Positions 37,599 through 47,112 of a stretch of DNA of 64,000 bases are shown here, one piece after another. A program made the translations under genes and the position numbers. Position 1 is the first letter of the stretch. Each line of letters begins with the position of its first letter. Source of the DNA: an uncultured Methanosarcinales archaeon (GTDB lineage Archaea; Nanobdellota; Nanobdellia; Woesearchaeales; CAYSVS01); NCBI GenBank assembly GCA_964589485.1, contig CAZPRK010000004.1, forward strand, positions 20,611 through 84,610, written 5' to 3'. The notes below the pieces were generated by a model. The model was not told where the DNA came from. It saw only the letters and a list, made by a program, of their open reading frames with translations, and did no database searches.

Positions 37599-38288
37599 AT
37601 GGATTTGTCAAAGTTGCCTCAATTGTTAGTTTCTAACCCAAGTGAAGCTTTGGAATTACTTAATAAGTATTATAGTACTTTGGGTTTAAAAGAACTACAT
37701 TCTATGGATGACATTGTTTCAGAACATGCAACTCGTAAATTGGGTCTAATTTTTGGTTTTGAAAGAAGAGATTCTGAAGTTTGGCAGAGAATATTAATAA
37801 AATCAAAAACCTTATCTTATGATCTTTCTGTTAATGGTAACCTTAGTCAAATTGTTAATTTAAGAAATTCATCAGTTTATCTTAAAGGGGAACATCCGTT
37901 TGTAGAAGGAAACTTAACAATATTGTTAAAATCTGAAGAATTTAAGGGATACTTAAACAGTTCAGGAATAGTTTCTTTAGATCATATTGATGATGGTAAT
38001 AAAAGAAGAATTAGGACAATCATGGGAAAAAAAGAATTAAAGTTAAAACAGATAAGAGATAAATTGTATGATGAGGGAGTTTTTTCTATGTTTCTTCCAA
38101 GTTATAATATGAGTTCTATTGATGCTATATCAGAAAGATTGTTGCAAACATTTAAGACAGTCTATCTTGATAAATCAAGAGAAGATGTTTATGAACCTAA
38201 TAGGTGTACAATAATAGAAAATGAAATTTTTAGAGATGCATCAAAAGAGAATCAAACTAGATTTTATAAAAAGTTTCCTTTATTATAG
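37599..38288 (+). CDS. hypothetical protein (229 aa)
   Basis: ORF only. Confidence 0.4.
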   Translation: MDLSKLPQLLVSNPSEALELLNKYYSTLGLKELHSMDDIVSEHATRKLGLIFGFERRDSEVWQRILIKSKTLSYDLSVNGNLSQIVNLRNSSVYLKGEHPFVEGNLTILLKSEEFKGYLNSSGIVSLDHIDDGNKRRIRTIMGKKELKLKQIRDKLYDEGVFSMFLPSYNMSSIDAISERLLQTFKTVYLDKSREDVYEPNRCTIIENEIFRDASKENQTRFYKKFPLL

Positions 38289-38460
38289 TCTTCAGTTTCT
38301 TCAAACATTTCTTTTATATCAGTTTTTTCTTGAAATTTACTTTTCATTAATTCTAATATTTTTTGGTCTAAATCTAATATTATTTCAATTAATTCCTCTT
38401 TTGATTTATTTTGTAAATTTTCCTTTTTCATTTGAATTAATGAGTTATTTTTATATATAA

Positions 38461-38730
38461 ATGTTATCTATCAGGAAAATGAAATACATGCATATTGCAG
38501 GATATATTACTAATTATTTTAGTGACAGGTTTATGGACGGAGAAAAGGTAGATTTGAATTCTATTAAGGAAATAGTTAATTTTGAACTGAAAAACTTACC
38601 AAAACCTCATACTAAATTATCCATTTTGGATGAACAGATAGATAGAATGTATCATGCTTTGCTTCAGGAACATGCAAATGTTAGAATTTTAGGTATTTTT
38701 AGAGAAACGCAGAGGAAATTACAAAAATGA
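38461..38730 (+). CDS. hypothetical protein (89 aa)
   Basis: ORF. A 46-aa ORF (38727..38867) follows with ATGA coupling. Confidence 0.3.
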   Translation: MLSIRKMKYMHIAGYITNYFSDRFMDGEKVDLNSIKEIVNFELKNLPKPHTKLSILDEQIDRMYHALLQEHANVRILGIFRETQRKLQK

Positions 38731-38898
38731 AACAATATGAAGATATAATTAGAGAAACTCTTAGGCATAATGAATTAGTTTCAAAGCCTTCTGAACCTTA
38801 TGAATATGATTTAAAAAGAAATAATGAAATGCAGAAAAAAGCTAAATTATATGAAACAATTAGATAAGTTTTTATATTTCTAAAGCAAATTAATTGTC

Positions 38899-39873
38899 AT
38901 GATCAATTCAGAAATATCTAGAATATTCAAAGAAATGGGAGATATTCTTGAAATTAATAATGAAGTTTGGCCGTCTAGAGCATATCATAGAGCTGCTCAA
39001 ATAATAGATTCTTTACCTAAAGATTTAGTAGATATGTATAAAGAAGGTGGATTAAAAGCTATTGAAGAAATAAATGGAATAGGTAAAACTTTAGCAGAAA
39101 AAATTGAAGAGTTTATTAAAACAAAACAATTAAAGGCACACCAAGAATTAAGATCAAGTATTAACCCTGGATTGTTAACATTATTACAAATTCATGGCAT
39201 GGGTCCAAAGAAAGTTAAAAAGCTACATAACGAATTAAATATTAATTCAATTGAAGATTTAAGAGATGCAGTTGAAAAACAAAAAATTAGGCATTTATCT
39301 GGGTTTGGAGAAAAATCAGAATTATTGATAAAGGAAGGTATTGATATTGATAAAACAAAAAGAGTCCTTTATAAGAAAGCAATTTCTGTTGCTAAAGAGT
39401 TAGTAAAAAAATTAATTCAAGCTAATGTTGTTGTAAAAGTTGAAATTGCTGGTTCTTTAAGAAGAAAGAAATCAACAATAAAAGATATTGATATTTTATG
39501 TATTTCTGATGATATAAAAAAAACAGTTGATTTTTTCACAACTGAATTTGAAGTAAAGAAAGTAATTGCAAAAGGTAAAACAAAAGCTGCCATTTTATTA
39601 AAAAATAAAATTCAAGTTGATTTAAGGATTATTAAAGAAAATGAATGGGGAAGTGCTTTACATTATTTCACAGGAAGTAAAGAACATAATGTATATATGA
39701 GACAAGTTGCTATTTCTAAAGGTTACAAATTAAATGAATATGGGTTATTTGATAAAAAAATAAATAAATTAATTGCATCTAAAACTGAAAAAGAAATTTA
39801 TGATAAATTAGGGTTTAATTACATTCCACCTGATAAAAGGGAAGTTGGGAAATATATTGAGTTTAAGAATTAG
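38899..39873 (+). CDS. family X DNA polymerase core (Pol beta-like nucleotidyltransferase, no PHP domain)
   Basis: HhH motifs 'INGIGKTLAEKI' and 'HGMGPKKVKKL'. Nucleotidyltransferase 'GSLRRKKSTIKDIDIL'. 324 aa. Confidence 0.8.
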   Translation: MINSEISRIFKEMGDILEINNEVWPSRAYHRAAQIIDSLPKDLVDMYKEGGLKAIEEINGIGKTLAEKIEEFIKTKQLKAHQELRSSINPGLLTLLQIHGMGPKKVKKLHNELNINSIEDLRDAVEKQKIRHLSGFGEKSELLIKEGIDIDKTKRVLYKKAISVAKELVKKLIQANVVVKVEIAGSLRRKKSTIKDIDILCISDDIKKTVDFFTTEFEVKKVIAKGKTKAAILLKNKIQVDLRIIKENEWGSALHYFTGSKEHNVYMRQVAISKGYKLNEYGLFDKKINKLIASKTEKEIYDKLGFNYIPPDKREVGKYIEFKN

Positions 39874-39903
39874 TTTTAAAAAGATATAACTTATTTCAAC
39901 AAT

Positions 39904-40215
39904 ATGAAAGAACTAATTGAACAAAAATCAATTGATAATTTTTTTGCAGATTTTAATGATGACGAAAAACTTGTTGCAAAAAGCATTTTAAGTATGAAAA
40001 TGATTACAGGATTATCTGGAAGAATATGTAATAAAGCAAATGAAATAGAAGGAATAAACTTACAAACAACCTTTTTTAAATTAACTGACTATTTAGATAA
40101 TGTAGCTGCCGGTCAAAATAAATTATTTAAAGAATATGCTGCAAAACTAGGAATTTCTGAACAAAGATATAGAGAAATTGCAGATTTTGTTTACACACAT
40201 GAAACAGAAATTTAA
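39904..40215 (+). CDS. hypothetical protein (103 aa)
   Basis: ORF only. Confidence 0.35.
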   Translation: MKELIEQKSIDNFFADFNDDEKLVAKSILSMKMITGLSGRICNKANEIEGINLQTTFFKLTDYLDNVAAGQNKLFKEYAAKLGISEQRYREIADFVYTHETEI

Positions 40216-40767
40216 TCAAAATCCCTTCTTCTTAACAAATTCAATAAATCCTTCTGGAAGAAATACTTTATCATTTTCAACAACATACCTATAAGGTAAT
40301 ACTATTTCTTCTCCTTTTTCAATATGAATAACTAAATCATCTTGAAATTGAAATTCAGTTCTTCCTTTAGAAATTTCATGAACTACATAAACAGCTGTAT
40401 TGGTTGACATTTGTTTTTTTCCAATGTTTCTTTTTTCAGATTTAATTTTATCACTTAATTCTTGTTTAGTTCTTTTACGCATTGGATAATCTCCTAATAT
40501 TCCACCAAAAAGTAAATAGTCAAAATTTTGACAATCTGTTTGAGAAATTTTATTTTCAGCTTCAGGATCTAAAATACACATATTTTCAAAATTTAAATCT
40601 ATTACACTTTTTTCATATACTTCTCCTAAAGAAGATAATTTATTTTTATCTTTTTTAACATTAGTGAAAATTAAATTATCTTTTCCAACTATTTCAGAAA
40701 TATGCGTATATTCTCTTTCGCACCATTCAAATACTTCAGGTTCTAAATGTTCGATTATATATTTCAT
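40216..40767 (-). CDS. hypothetical protein (183 aa)
   Basis: ORF with an alpha/beta-like composition ('YLLFGGILGDYP'). Family not recognised. Confidence 0.4.
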   Translation of the reverse strand: MKYIIEHLEPEVFEWCEREYTHISEIVGKDNLIFTNVKKDKNKLSSLGEVYEKSVIDLNFENMCILDPEAENKISQTDCQNFDYLLFGGILGDYPMRKRTKQELSDKIKSEKRNIGKKQMSTNTAVYVVHEISKGRTEFQFQDDLVIHIEKGEEIVLPYRYVVENDKVFLPEGFIEFVKKKGF

Positions 40768-40787
40768 TTTTATTAAAATAACTTAAT

Positions 40788-41213
40788 TTGTATAAAAAAG
40801 TAATGTTTCGTACCAACAAGTTTTTAAATAATAAAATAAATATTCCCTTCATGGCAAAAAAGAGGGTTAAGAAACATCATCATTCGTTATTAGTGTTTTT
40901 TGTAATTACTTTACTTTTATTTATGCTCTCTTTTAGTTTTGGAAGTTTTAATCAAACCTTTAATGATAAAAGAATGGCTGCAGTTTTAATTGCAGATGGA
41001 AATGCTGATTTAGCATTAACTTATTGTGCTAAAATGAAGTTTAGAAATTTTGAATGTTATGATATATATATGGATAATATAAACGAATTTGATAAAAATA
41101 TTTGTAGCGTTATGAATGTTGGAAAACTTCCATTTTGGACTACTGAAAATCAAGAAAGAAATATTTTCTTGAATTTTAAAAAAGTAAAAGAAAAATGTTT
41201 ATCTAGATTCTAA
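40788..41213 (+). CDS. hypothetical membrane-anchored protein
   Basis: ORF with one TM 'LLVFFVITLLLFMLSF'. Confidence 0.3.
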   Translation: MYKKVMFRTNKFLNNKINIPFMAKKRVKKHHHSLLVFFVITLLLFMLSFSFGSFNQTFNDKRMAAVLIADGNADLALTYCAKMKFRNFECYDIYMDNINEFDKNICSVMNVGKLPFWTTENQERNIFLNFKKVKEKCLSRF

Positions 41214-41426
41214 ATGTTCAATTATATTTTGAGAATCTCCTATAAATTCACCATTATCTTCTAATACGGGAACAGTTCCTACTCCTGATTTCTCTAATAA
41301 CATCTTCCTTGTAGGGTCTTCTCTATCGTGTTCAACATTAACTTTTTCATATTCAATGTTTAGTTCTTCGAATTTAGCTCTAACTTTAGCACAGAAAGGA
41401 CAAGTTTCAAATTGATATAATTTCAT
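41199..41426 (-). CDS. grx: glutaredoxin (CPFC active site)
   Basis: 'ETCPFCAKV', cis-Pro 'TVP' and 'GDS' as in the glutaredoxin fold. 75 aa. Confidence 0.8.
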   Translation of the reverse strand: MKLYQFETCPFCAKVRAKFEELNIEYEKVNVEHDREDPTRKMLLEKSGVGTVPVLEDNGEFIGDSQNIIEHLESR

Positions 41427-41435
41427 TTTAACACC

Positions 41436-42668
41436 TCATTTATTAATTATTCCATATCCTATTAATCTAAATCTATTTCCTAATCTTCTTGATATGGTAA
41501 CTCTAGCTCCAGGTTCAGCACAAATTGGTCTTTTTAAAACACATTTAATTTTATTCTTACCTAATTCTGAAACAACTCCAACAGTTGCTGCAGAATTTAC
41601 ATTAAGCATTAACATTTCTGATTTTTTAATTGGTTCCACAACTAAATCATCTTTTGCTCCTACAACCCTATCTAACAATTTTGTTTTTAAAGTTAATTCT
41701 TCTAATACGGGTGGAAGTTTTCCAGGAACTCCGGCAATTCCACCAGTTAATTTATCACTTTTTACAACACTAGGATCTAAGGTTGTCATTATTCCAATTG
41801 ATCCTCCTGGAGAAACTTTATCAAATTGTTCTTTTCCTGAATTAATTGAAACTATTTTTGTTTTTATTGGTTTGTATATTTTCTTATTTTGTTCTTCAGT
41901 TTCATATCCTGGCTTAATTTCAATTTCTTCTCCTACCTTTAAAACTCCTTGAGTTATTGCTCCTCCAAGTACTCCACCGACTAAATCTTTAGGAAAAATT
42001 CCAGGTTTGTTAACATCAAAACTTCTTGCAATTAAAAACGTTGGACTTTTTTTAGCATCTCTTTTAGGAGTAGGCATTATTTCTTCTATTGTTTTAATTA
42101 AATAACCAATATTTATTGAATGTTGAGCTGATATTGGAATTATTGGAGAATTTTCATATTTAGTTTTTTTAATGAATTTTTTAATTTGTTCGTAATTTTT
42201 CATTGCTTGTTCTTCCGATACTAAATCAATTTTATTTTGTATTATAACTAAATTTTCTATTCCTGCAATTTCTAATGCCATTAAATGTTCTCTAGTTTGA
42301 GGTTGAGGGCAAGTTTCATTTGCGCTAATTAACAATAAAGCTCCATCCATTATTGTAGCTCCACTAAGCATTGTTGCCATTAAACTTTCGTGACCTGGCG
42401 CATCTACTATACTTATTTTTCTTAATAACTTACCTTTGCTTTTGCATTGTTTACATTCCTTATCTGTGGTAAATGCTTCGCTTCCTTTGCACTTACATTT
42501 ATAGAAAGTTGTATCTGCATATCCTAATCTAATGGTAATTCCTCTTTTAAGTTCTTCACTGTGGGTATCAGTCCATTTTCCTGAGAGTTTTTGGGTTAAT
42601 GTAGTTTTACCATGATCTACATGTCCAACCATTCCAATGTTAATTTCAGGTTGAGTTATTTTTACCAT
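41436..42668 (-). CDS. eif2g: translation initiation factor 2 subunit gamma (aIF2-gamma)
   Basis: G1 'GHVDHGKTTL'. Four-Cys zinc knuckle 'CKCKG...CKQCKSKG' characteristic of aIF2-gamma. 410 aa. Confidence 0.9.
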   Translation of the reverse strand: MVKITQPEINIGMVGHVDHGKTTLTQKLSGKWTDTHSEELKRGITIRLGYADTTFYKCKCKGSEAFTTDKECKQCKSKGKLLRKISIVDAPGHESLMATMLSGATIMDGALLLISANETCPQPQTREHLMALEIAGIENLVIIQNKIDLVSEEQAMKNYEQIKKFIKKTKYENSPIIPISAQHSINIGYLIKTIEEIMPTPKRDAKKSPTFLIARSFDVNKPGIFPKDLVGGVLGGAITQGVLKVGEEIEIKPGYETEEQNKKIYKPIKTKIVSINSGKEQFDKVSPGGSIGIMTTLDPSVVKSDKLTGGIAGVPGKLPPVLEELTLKTKLLDRVVGAKDDLVVEPIKKSEMLMLNVNSAATVGVVSELGKNKIKCVLKRPICAEPGARVTISRRLGNRFRLIGYGIINK

Positions 42669-42671
42669 TTT

Positions 42672-42788
42672 TCACCATAAAAAAAAGCTAATTAACACAA
42701 ATACCAAACCTAATGCAAAAATTATATAACTAATTTTTTCATCTTTTGGTAAGTCTTCTAGCTTATATTTAATTTCTTCAAAGTTCAT
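42672..42788 (-). CDS. 38-aa single-TM mini-protein wedged between rps6e and eif2g
   Basis: 'MNFEEIKYKLEDLPKDEKISYIIFALGLVFVLISFFLW'. Starts 1 nt after the S6e stop and ends 4 nt before the aIF2-gamma start. Not in the ORF track. Confidence 0.35.
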   Translation of the reverse strand: MNFEEIKYKLEDLPKDEKISYIIFALGLVFVLISFFLW

Positions 42789-43193
42789 TTATTCACCTTC
42801 TTTTGCAACAACTTCTTCTTCTTTTTTTTCTTCGAAAAGTGATTCTTTACCTTGTTTAAGAATTTTTAAGTTTATTTGTTTGATACTATCGTTAACTTTT
42901 TCTCCACATACTGTTTTTCTTTTTCTTAAACCTTTTTCAAAGTTTTTGAATCCAACTCCACCTTTAGTAAGAATTTTTTTTCTTGGTAGATTAATACCTT
43001 TTCTCATAGGAAAACCACATCTGTCGCTTCCTCCTCTTAATTCAAATTCATACCCTTGTAAGTCAAGAACTTCTCCTTTAACAGTATCTCCTATTTTAAG
43101 ATCTAGAAAAGGTTTAGCTTGATCATCTTTAGCTTCAAGCTGTTTTGATTTTCCTGTTTTTGGATCATTTATTACAATTTTAAATTCTGCCAT
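42789..43193 (-). CDS. rps6e: ribosomal protein S6e
   Basis: 'MAEFKIVINDPKTGKSKQLE...GYEFELRGGSDRCGFPMRKG' S6e signature. Start chosen at 43193 (GGAGGG SD 6 nt upstream) rather than the track's 43244. Confidence 0.85.
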   Translation of the reverse strand: MAEFKIVINDPKTGKSKQLEAKDDQAKPFLDLKIGDTVKGEVLDLQGYEFELRGGSDRCGFPMRKGINLPRKKILTKGGVGFKNFEKGLRKRKTVCGEKVNDSIKQINLKILKQGKESLFEEKKEEEVVAKEGE

Positions 43194-43372
43194 ATGCTTC
43201 CCTCCATAAATCTCTCGAGAACTACGATCCCGAGAACATAGCAATTATGCCTCAGCAACGTATTGGAAAAGTATTTTGTTTATAAATCTTTGGTTGATTT
43301 ATTCTTTTCTATATTGAAATAAAAAAACAAAACAGTTACATTTAAATACTATTCACTCATAACCACTATTAA

Positions 43373-44278
43373 ATGACAAAAAACAAATGTGCAGAATGTG
43401 GTGAAGGAGATTTCTTCATAAACAGAGAACAAGGAGAAGTGATTTGTAAATCTTGCGGCTTCGTTGTAGAAGATAGTATGGTTACTTTTGGTAGAGAAAG
43501 ACATATTGATTCTGAAGATATGGAAAAAAACAGTAGAACTGGTGCTCCGTGGGATCCAAGAATTTCAAATAACTTGTCAACAAATATAGGTAATCATCAA
43601 GATTTAAGAGGATTAAATTCAAAACAACAAACTTTATTCAAAAGAATTAGAAAGAAAAATAACTGGACAAGTTCAAGTTTAGAAAGTAATTTCAACAAGA
43701 ACTTAGCTAATTTAAGATTACTTTCTAGTGCATTAAGTATTCCTGAAATTGTAGAAAAGGAAGCTGCTCAATTATATAGAGAATTTGCACAACATGGTTT
43801 TACTAGAGCTAGAAGTTGTGAATATGTTGTAGTAGCATCAATTTATGCTGCATGTAAAATGCACGCTTTGCCTAAGTCATTAAAAGAAATAAGTGATTCT
43901 TCAAATATTGATAAAAAAATAATTGCTAAAAATTACAAATACTTAGCAAAAAAACTGAGCTTAAAAATGACATTGAGTAATCCAATTGATTTTTTAGGAA
44001 AGTTCAACTCAGCTTTAGAACTAAGCCCAAAAGTTCAATCACAAGCGGTTGAAATAATTGAGCTTGCTGAAAAGAAAGGATTAACTAATGGGAAAAGTCC
44101 TTTAAGTACAGCTGCAAGCTCGCTATATATTTCTGCATTAATGTTAAACGAAAAAGTTACTCAGAAAAGTGTTGCAGATACTGCAAAAATAACTGAAGTA
44201 ACTTTAAGAAATAGATGTAAAGAAATGATTAATGGCTTAAAAATTAAAAGTAAACTTAAGAAGAAAATTAAGTGTTAG
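43373..44278 (+). CDS. tfb: transcription initiation factor TFB (TFIIB)
   Basis: N-terminal Zn ribbon 'CAECGEGDFFINREQGEVICKSCGFV', B-finger and two cyclin-like repeats. Confidence 0.9.
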   Translation: MTKNKCAECGEGDFFINREQGEVICKSCGFVVEDSMVTFGRERHIDSEDMEKNSRTGAPWDPRISNNLSTNIGNHQDLRGLNSKQQTLFKRIRKKNNWTSSSLESNFNKNLANLRLLSSALSIPEIVEKEAAQLYREFAQHGFTRARSCEYVVVASIYAACKMHALPKSLKEISDSSNIDKKIIAKNYKYLAKKLSLKMTLSNPIDFLGKFNSALELSPKVQSQAVEIIELAEKKGLTNGKSPLSTAASSLYISALMLNEKVTQKSVADTAKITEVTLRNRCKEMINGLKIKSKLKKKIKC

Positions 44279-44330
44279 TTTTTTTAAGTAAATTCTTTTT
44301 TTAAATTAATTATAATTGTTGTTGTAGTAA

Positions 44331-44630
44331 CTAAAACAATCTAGGAACGCAATCATCTACTTCATCTTTTTCCATAAATGGATATATTTTACAAATATCT
44401 GGTCTGTTTTCATAAATTGTACATAACTTTGTTTTTTGATTCAAAAACATACAATAACCATTAATTCTTTTTAATACAGTTTTACCATTCTCTGGGTGAA
44501 TAGGGTCAAGGTCAAGAAAATCTTTATGTCCTGCATTTTTTATTTTTTCTATATCTTCTTTAGTTGGAACAACAACTGGTTTACAACATTCAGCACAATC
44601 TTTACAGTTAAGATTTTCTTTGGTGATCAT
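44331..44630 (-). CDS. YkgJ-family Cys-cluster protein (second copy)
   Basis: 'CKDCAECCKP' CxxCxxCC plus distal Cys residues. Confidence 0.5.
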   Translation of the reverse strand: MITKENLNCKDCAECCKPVVVPTKEDIEKIKNAGHKDFLDLDPIHPENGKTVLKRINGYCMFLNQKTKLCTIYENRPDICKIYPFMEKDEVDDCVPRLF

Positions 44631-44643
44631 TTAAGATAATATT

Positions 44644-44922
44644 GTGTTGGTTTATATTAACTTTTTGAAAAAGTTTTTAAATAATAAAATAATATTCTGT
44701 AAAGGGGTGATTCAAATAGAATTAGAAAATTATATGAGTAATTTAAAACCTTTAAGATTTGAAGTTGATTTAACTCCTGTGAATGGAACAAAACAGGAAA
44801 CAAAATATATGAATTTAAAAAATTTAGTTATGGTTCTAGGGGCAGCTGCAACTATTGGAATTGGGGTTTATAATTTGGAACGTCAAGAAGATTATAATGT
44901 ACGACAACACTATCAAAAATAA
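44644..44922 (+). CDS. hypothetical small protein with one TM
   Basis: ORF with 'LVMVLGAAATIGIGVY'. Confidence 0.3.
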   Translation: MLVYINFLKKFLNNKIIFCKGVIQIELENYMSNLKPLRFEVDLTPVNGTKQETKYMNLKNLVMVLGAAATIGIGVYNLERQEDYNVRQHYQK

Positions 44923-44974
44923 GTTATTCAAGAGTAGAAACTTTTAAATACAAACCCTAAATTCTGGAAATGGG

Positions 44975-46591
44975 GTGTTTGATATGACAAAAGATGTTCA
45001 ACCGATTTTTATTATGCCTGAAGGTACTCAGAGAAGTACTGGAAGAAATGCACAAAAAAATAATATTATGGCTGCAAAGTTAGTTGCAGAAACAGTTAGA
45101 ACTACATTAGGTCCAAAAGGAATGGATAAAATGATTGTTGATTCTTTAAATAATGTTATTGTTACTAATGATGGTGTTACAATTTTAGAAGAAATGCAAA
45201 TTGAACATCCAACTGCGAAAATGATTGTTGAAATTGCAAAAACTCAAGAAAGTGAAGTTGGTGATGGTACAACTACTGCAGTTGTATTAGCTGGAGAGTT
45301 TTTAAAAAATGCAGAAGAATTAATTGAAAGAAATGTACATCCAACAGTTATAGCAAAAGGTTACAGGTTAGCTGCAGTAAAAGCTCATTCTTTATTACAT
45401 GACATTGCAGAGGATGTTGATGAAAAAAATATGGATGTTTTAAAAAAAATAGCACTTACTGCTATGACTGGAAAAGGAGCAGAACATGCAAAAGAAGTTC
45501 TTGCGGATGTTGCAGTTAAAGCAATTAAATTAATTACAGATGAAGATATTAACTTAAATAATATTAAACTTGAAAAAAAATCAGGAGCAAGTGTTGAAGA
45601 AACTAGTTTAGTTAATGGTATTATTTTAGATAAAGAAAAAGTTCATCCAAATATGCCATCTAAAGTTGAGAATGCAAAAATTGCTTTACTTGATTGCTCA
45701 ATTGAAATTAAAGATACTGAGACAGATGCTAAAATTAGTATTACTGAACCTTCTCAATTACAAGCTTTTATTGATCAAGAAGATGCAATGTTAAGAACAA
45801 TGGTAGATAAAGTTGTTTCATCAGGTGCAACAGTAGTTTTTTGTCAGAAAGGAATTGATGATTTGGCTCAACATTATCTTGCAAAAGCTGGAATTTTTGC
45901 ATCAAGAAGAGTTAAAAAAAGTGATATGGAAAATTTGTCTAGAGCAACAGGTGCTAAAGTTATTTCTAATTTACATGATTTAAATAGTAGTGATTTAGGA
46001 CATGCTGGCATGGTAGAAGAAGAAAAAGTAAATGATGAAGAAATGGTTTATGTTAAAAATTGTAAAAATCCTAAATCGGTTACAATTTTAGTTCGAGGTG
46101 GAACTGAACACGTTATTGATGAAGTAAAAAGAGCTATGGACGATGCTTTAGGTGATTTAAGATCTGCATTAAAAATGAAAAAAGTAGTTGGTGGCGCAGG
46201 TTCTTCTGAAATTGAGATTAGTAAATCGTTGCGAAAATATGCAGATAGTTTATCTGGAAGGGAACAACTTGCAGTGGAAGCATTTGCAAATGCAATGGAA
46301 GTTATTCCTAGAACTTTAGCTGAAAATGCTGGACTTGATCCTATTGATGTTTTAACTGAATTAAAATCATCTCATGATAAAAATCAAAAGTGGGCAGGGA
46401 TAGATGTATTTTCTGGAAAAATTGTAGATTCTTGGAGAAAAGGTGTAATTGAGCCATTAAAAATTAAAACTCAGGCTGTTTCAAGTGCATCTGAAGTTGC
46501 AATAATGATTTTAAGAATAGATGATGTTATTAGTGGAAGTTCACCGAAAGATACGCCTATGCCTCCTCCTGGAATGCCTCCTATGATGTAA
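44975..46591 (+). CDS. ths: thermosome subunit (group II chaperonin)
   Basis: 'GPKGMDKM', 'NDGVTIL' and '[13 protein letters not shown]' motifs. C-terminal 'GMPPMM' tail. Confidence 0.95.
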   Translation: MFDMTKDVQPIFIMPEGTQRSTGRNAQKNNIMAAKLVAETVRTTLGPKGMDKMIVDSLNNVIVTNDGVTILEEMQIEHPTAKMIVEIAKTQESEVGDGTTTAVVLAGEFLKNAEELIERNVHPTVIAKGYRLAAVKAHSLLHDIAEDVDEKNMDVLKKIALTAMTGKGAEHAKEVLADVAVKAIKLITDEDINLNNIKLEKKSGASVEETSLVNGIILDKEKVHPNMPSKVENAKIALLDCSIEIKDTETDAKISITEPSQLQAFIDQEDAMLRTMVDKVVSSGATVVFCQKGIDDLAQHYLAKAGIFASRRVKKSDMENLSRATGAKVISNLHDLNSSDLGHAGMVEEEKVNDEEMVYVKNCKNPKSVTILVRGGTEHVIDEVKRAMDDALGDLRSALKMKKVVGGAGSSEIEISKSLRKYADSLSGREQLAVEAFANAMEVIPRTLAENAGLDPIDVLTELKSSHDKNQKWAGIDVFSGKIVDSWRKGVIEPLKIKTQAVSSASEVAIMILRIDDVISGSSPKDTPMPPPGMPPMM

Positions 46592-46593
46592 AC

Positions 46594-47037
46594 CTATTTA
46601 GCTAATTTTTGAACTTCGCTTTCAAAGGCTTTAATGCTTCTAAAATTTTGATATACTGAAGTAAACCTTAAATACGCAATAGGATCAATATTTTTTAATT
46701 CTTGCATTGCTAGTTTTCCAACTTGTTTAGTTGTTTGATTATGCTTACTTAAACTTCTAAGTTTAGTTTCAACTTGTATTATGATTTGATCTATTTTTTC
46801 TTCAGAAATAGGTCTTTTTTCACAGGATAATAATAGCCCTTTTTTTAATTTTTCTCTGTCGAATGGTTGCATACTTTTATCTTTTTTTCTTATTAATAAT
46901 GGTCTAAATTCAACTTTTTCGTAAGTTGTAAATCTACTTTTGCATTTCAAACATTCTCTCCTTCTTCTATTAAAGTTATTTTCATCTCTTTTATCTATAA
47001 CTTTACTTGAAGTTGAGGCACAAAATGGACATAGCAT
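46594..47037 (-). CDS. nrdR: transcriptional repressor NrdR (Zn ribbon + ATP-cone)
   Basis: 'MLCPFCAS...CLKCKSRFTTYEKVE' zinc ribbon followed by an ATP-cone. 147 aa. Confidence 0.8.
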   Translation of the reverse strand: MLCPFCASTSSKVIDKRDENNFNRRRRECLKCKSRFTTYEKVEFRPLLIRKKDKSMQPFDREKLKKGLLLSCEKRPISEEKIDQIIIQVETKLRSLSKHNQTTKQVGKLAMQELKNIDPIAYLRFTSVYQNFRSIKAFESEVQKLAK

Positions 47038-47112
47038 GAGTAAATAGTGCGTATTAGAGTATATAAAATTTGTGAAACCTAAAACTTTAAATAGTATTAC
47101 TTCATCATACTT

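Noticed and set aside
38290-38450. Minus-strand ~50-codon ORF (MKKENLQNKSKEELIEIILDLDQKILEL...) faintly reminiscent of ribosomal protein uL29
   Set aside because: It runs into the antisense of the 37599..38288 gene and has no clear stop context or RBS. The similarity is too vague and uL29 would be expected in the main ribosomal-protein operon.
43194-43262. GC-richer patch with CGAGAAC direct repeats, considered as a small ncRNA
   Set aside because: It is the rps6e 5' leader on the minus strand, containing the GGAGGG SD 6 nt before the ATG. A short stem (TCTCG/CGAGA) may be regulatory, but it is too short to call an RNA gene.
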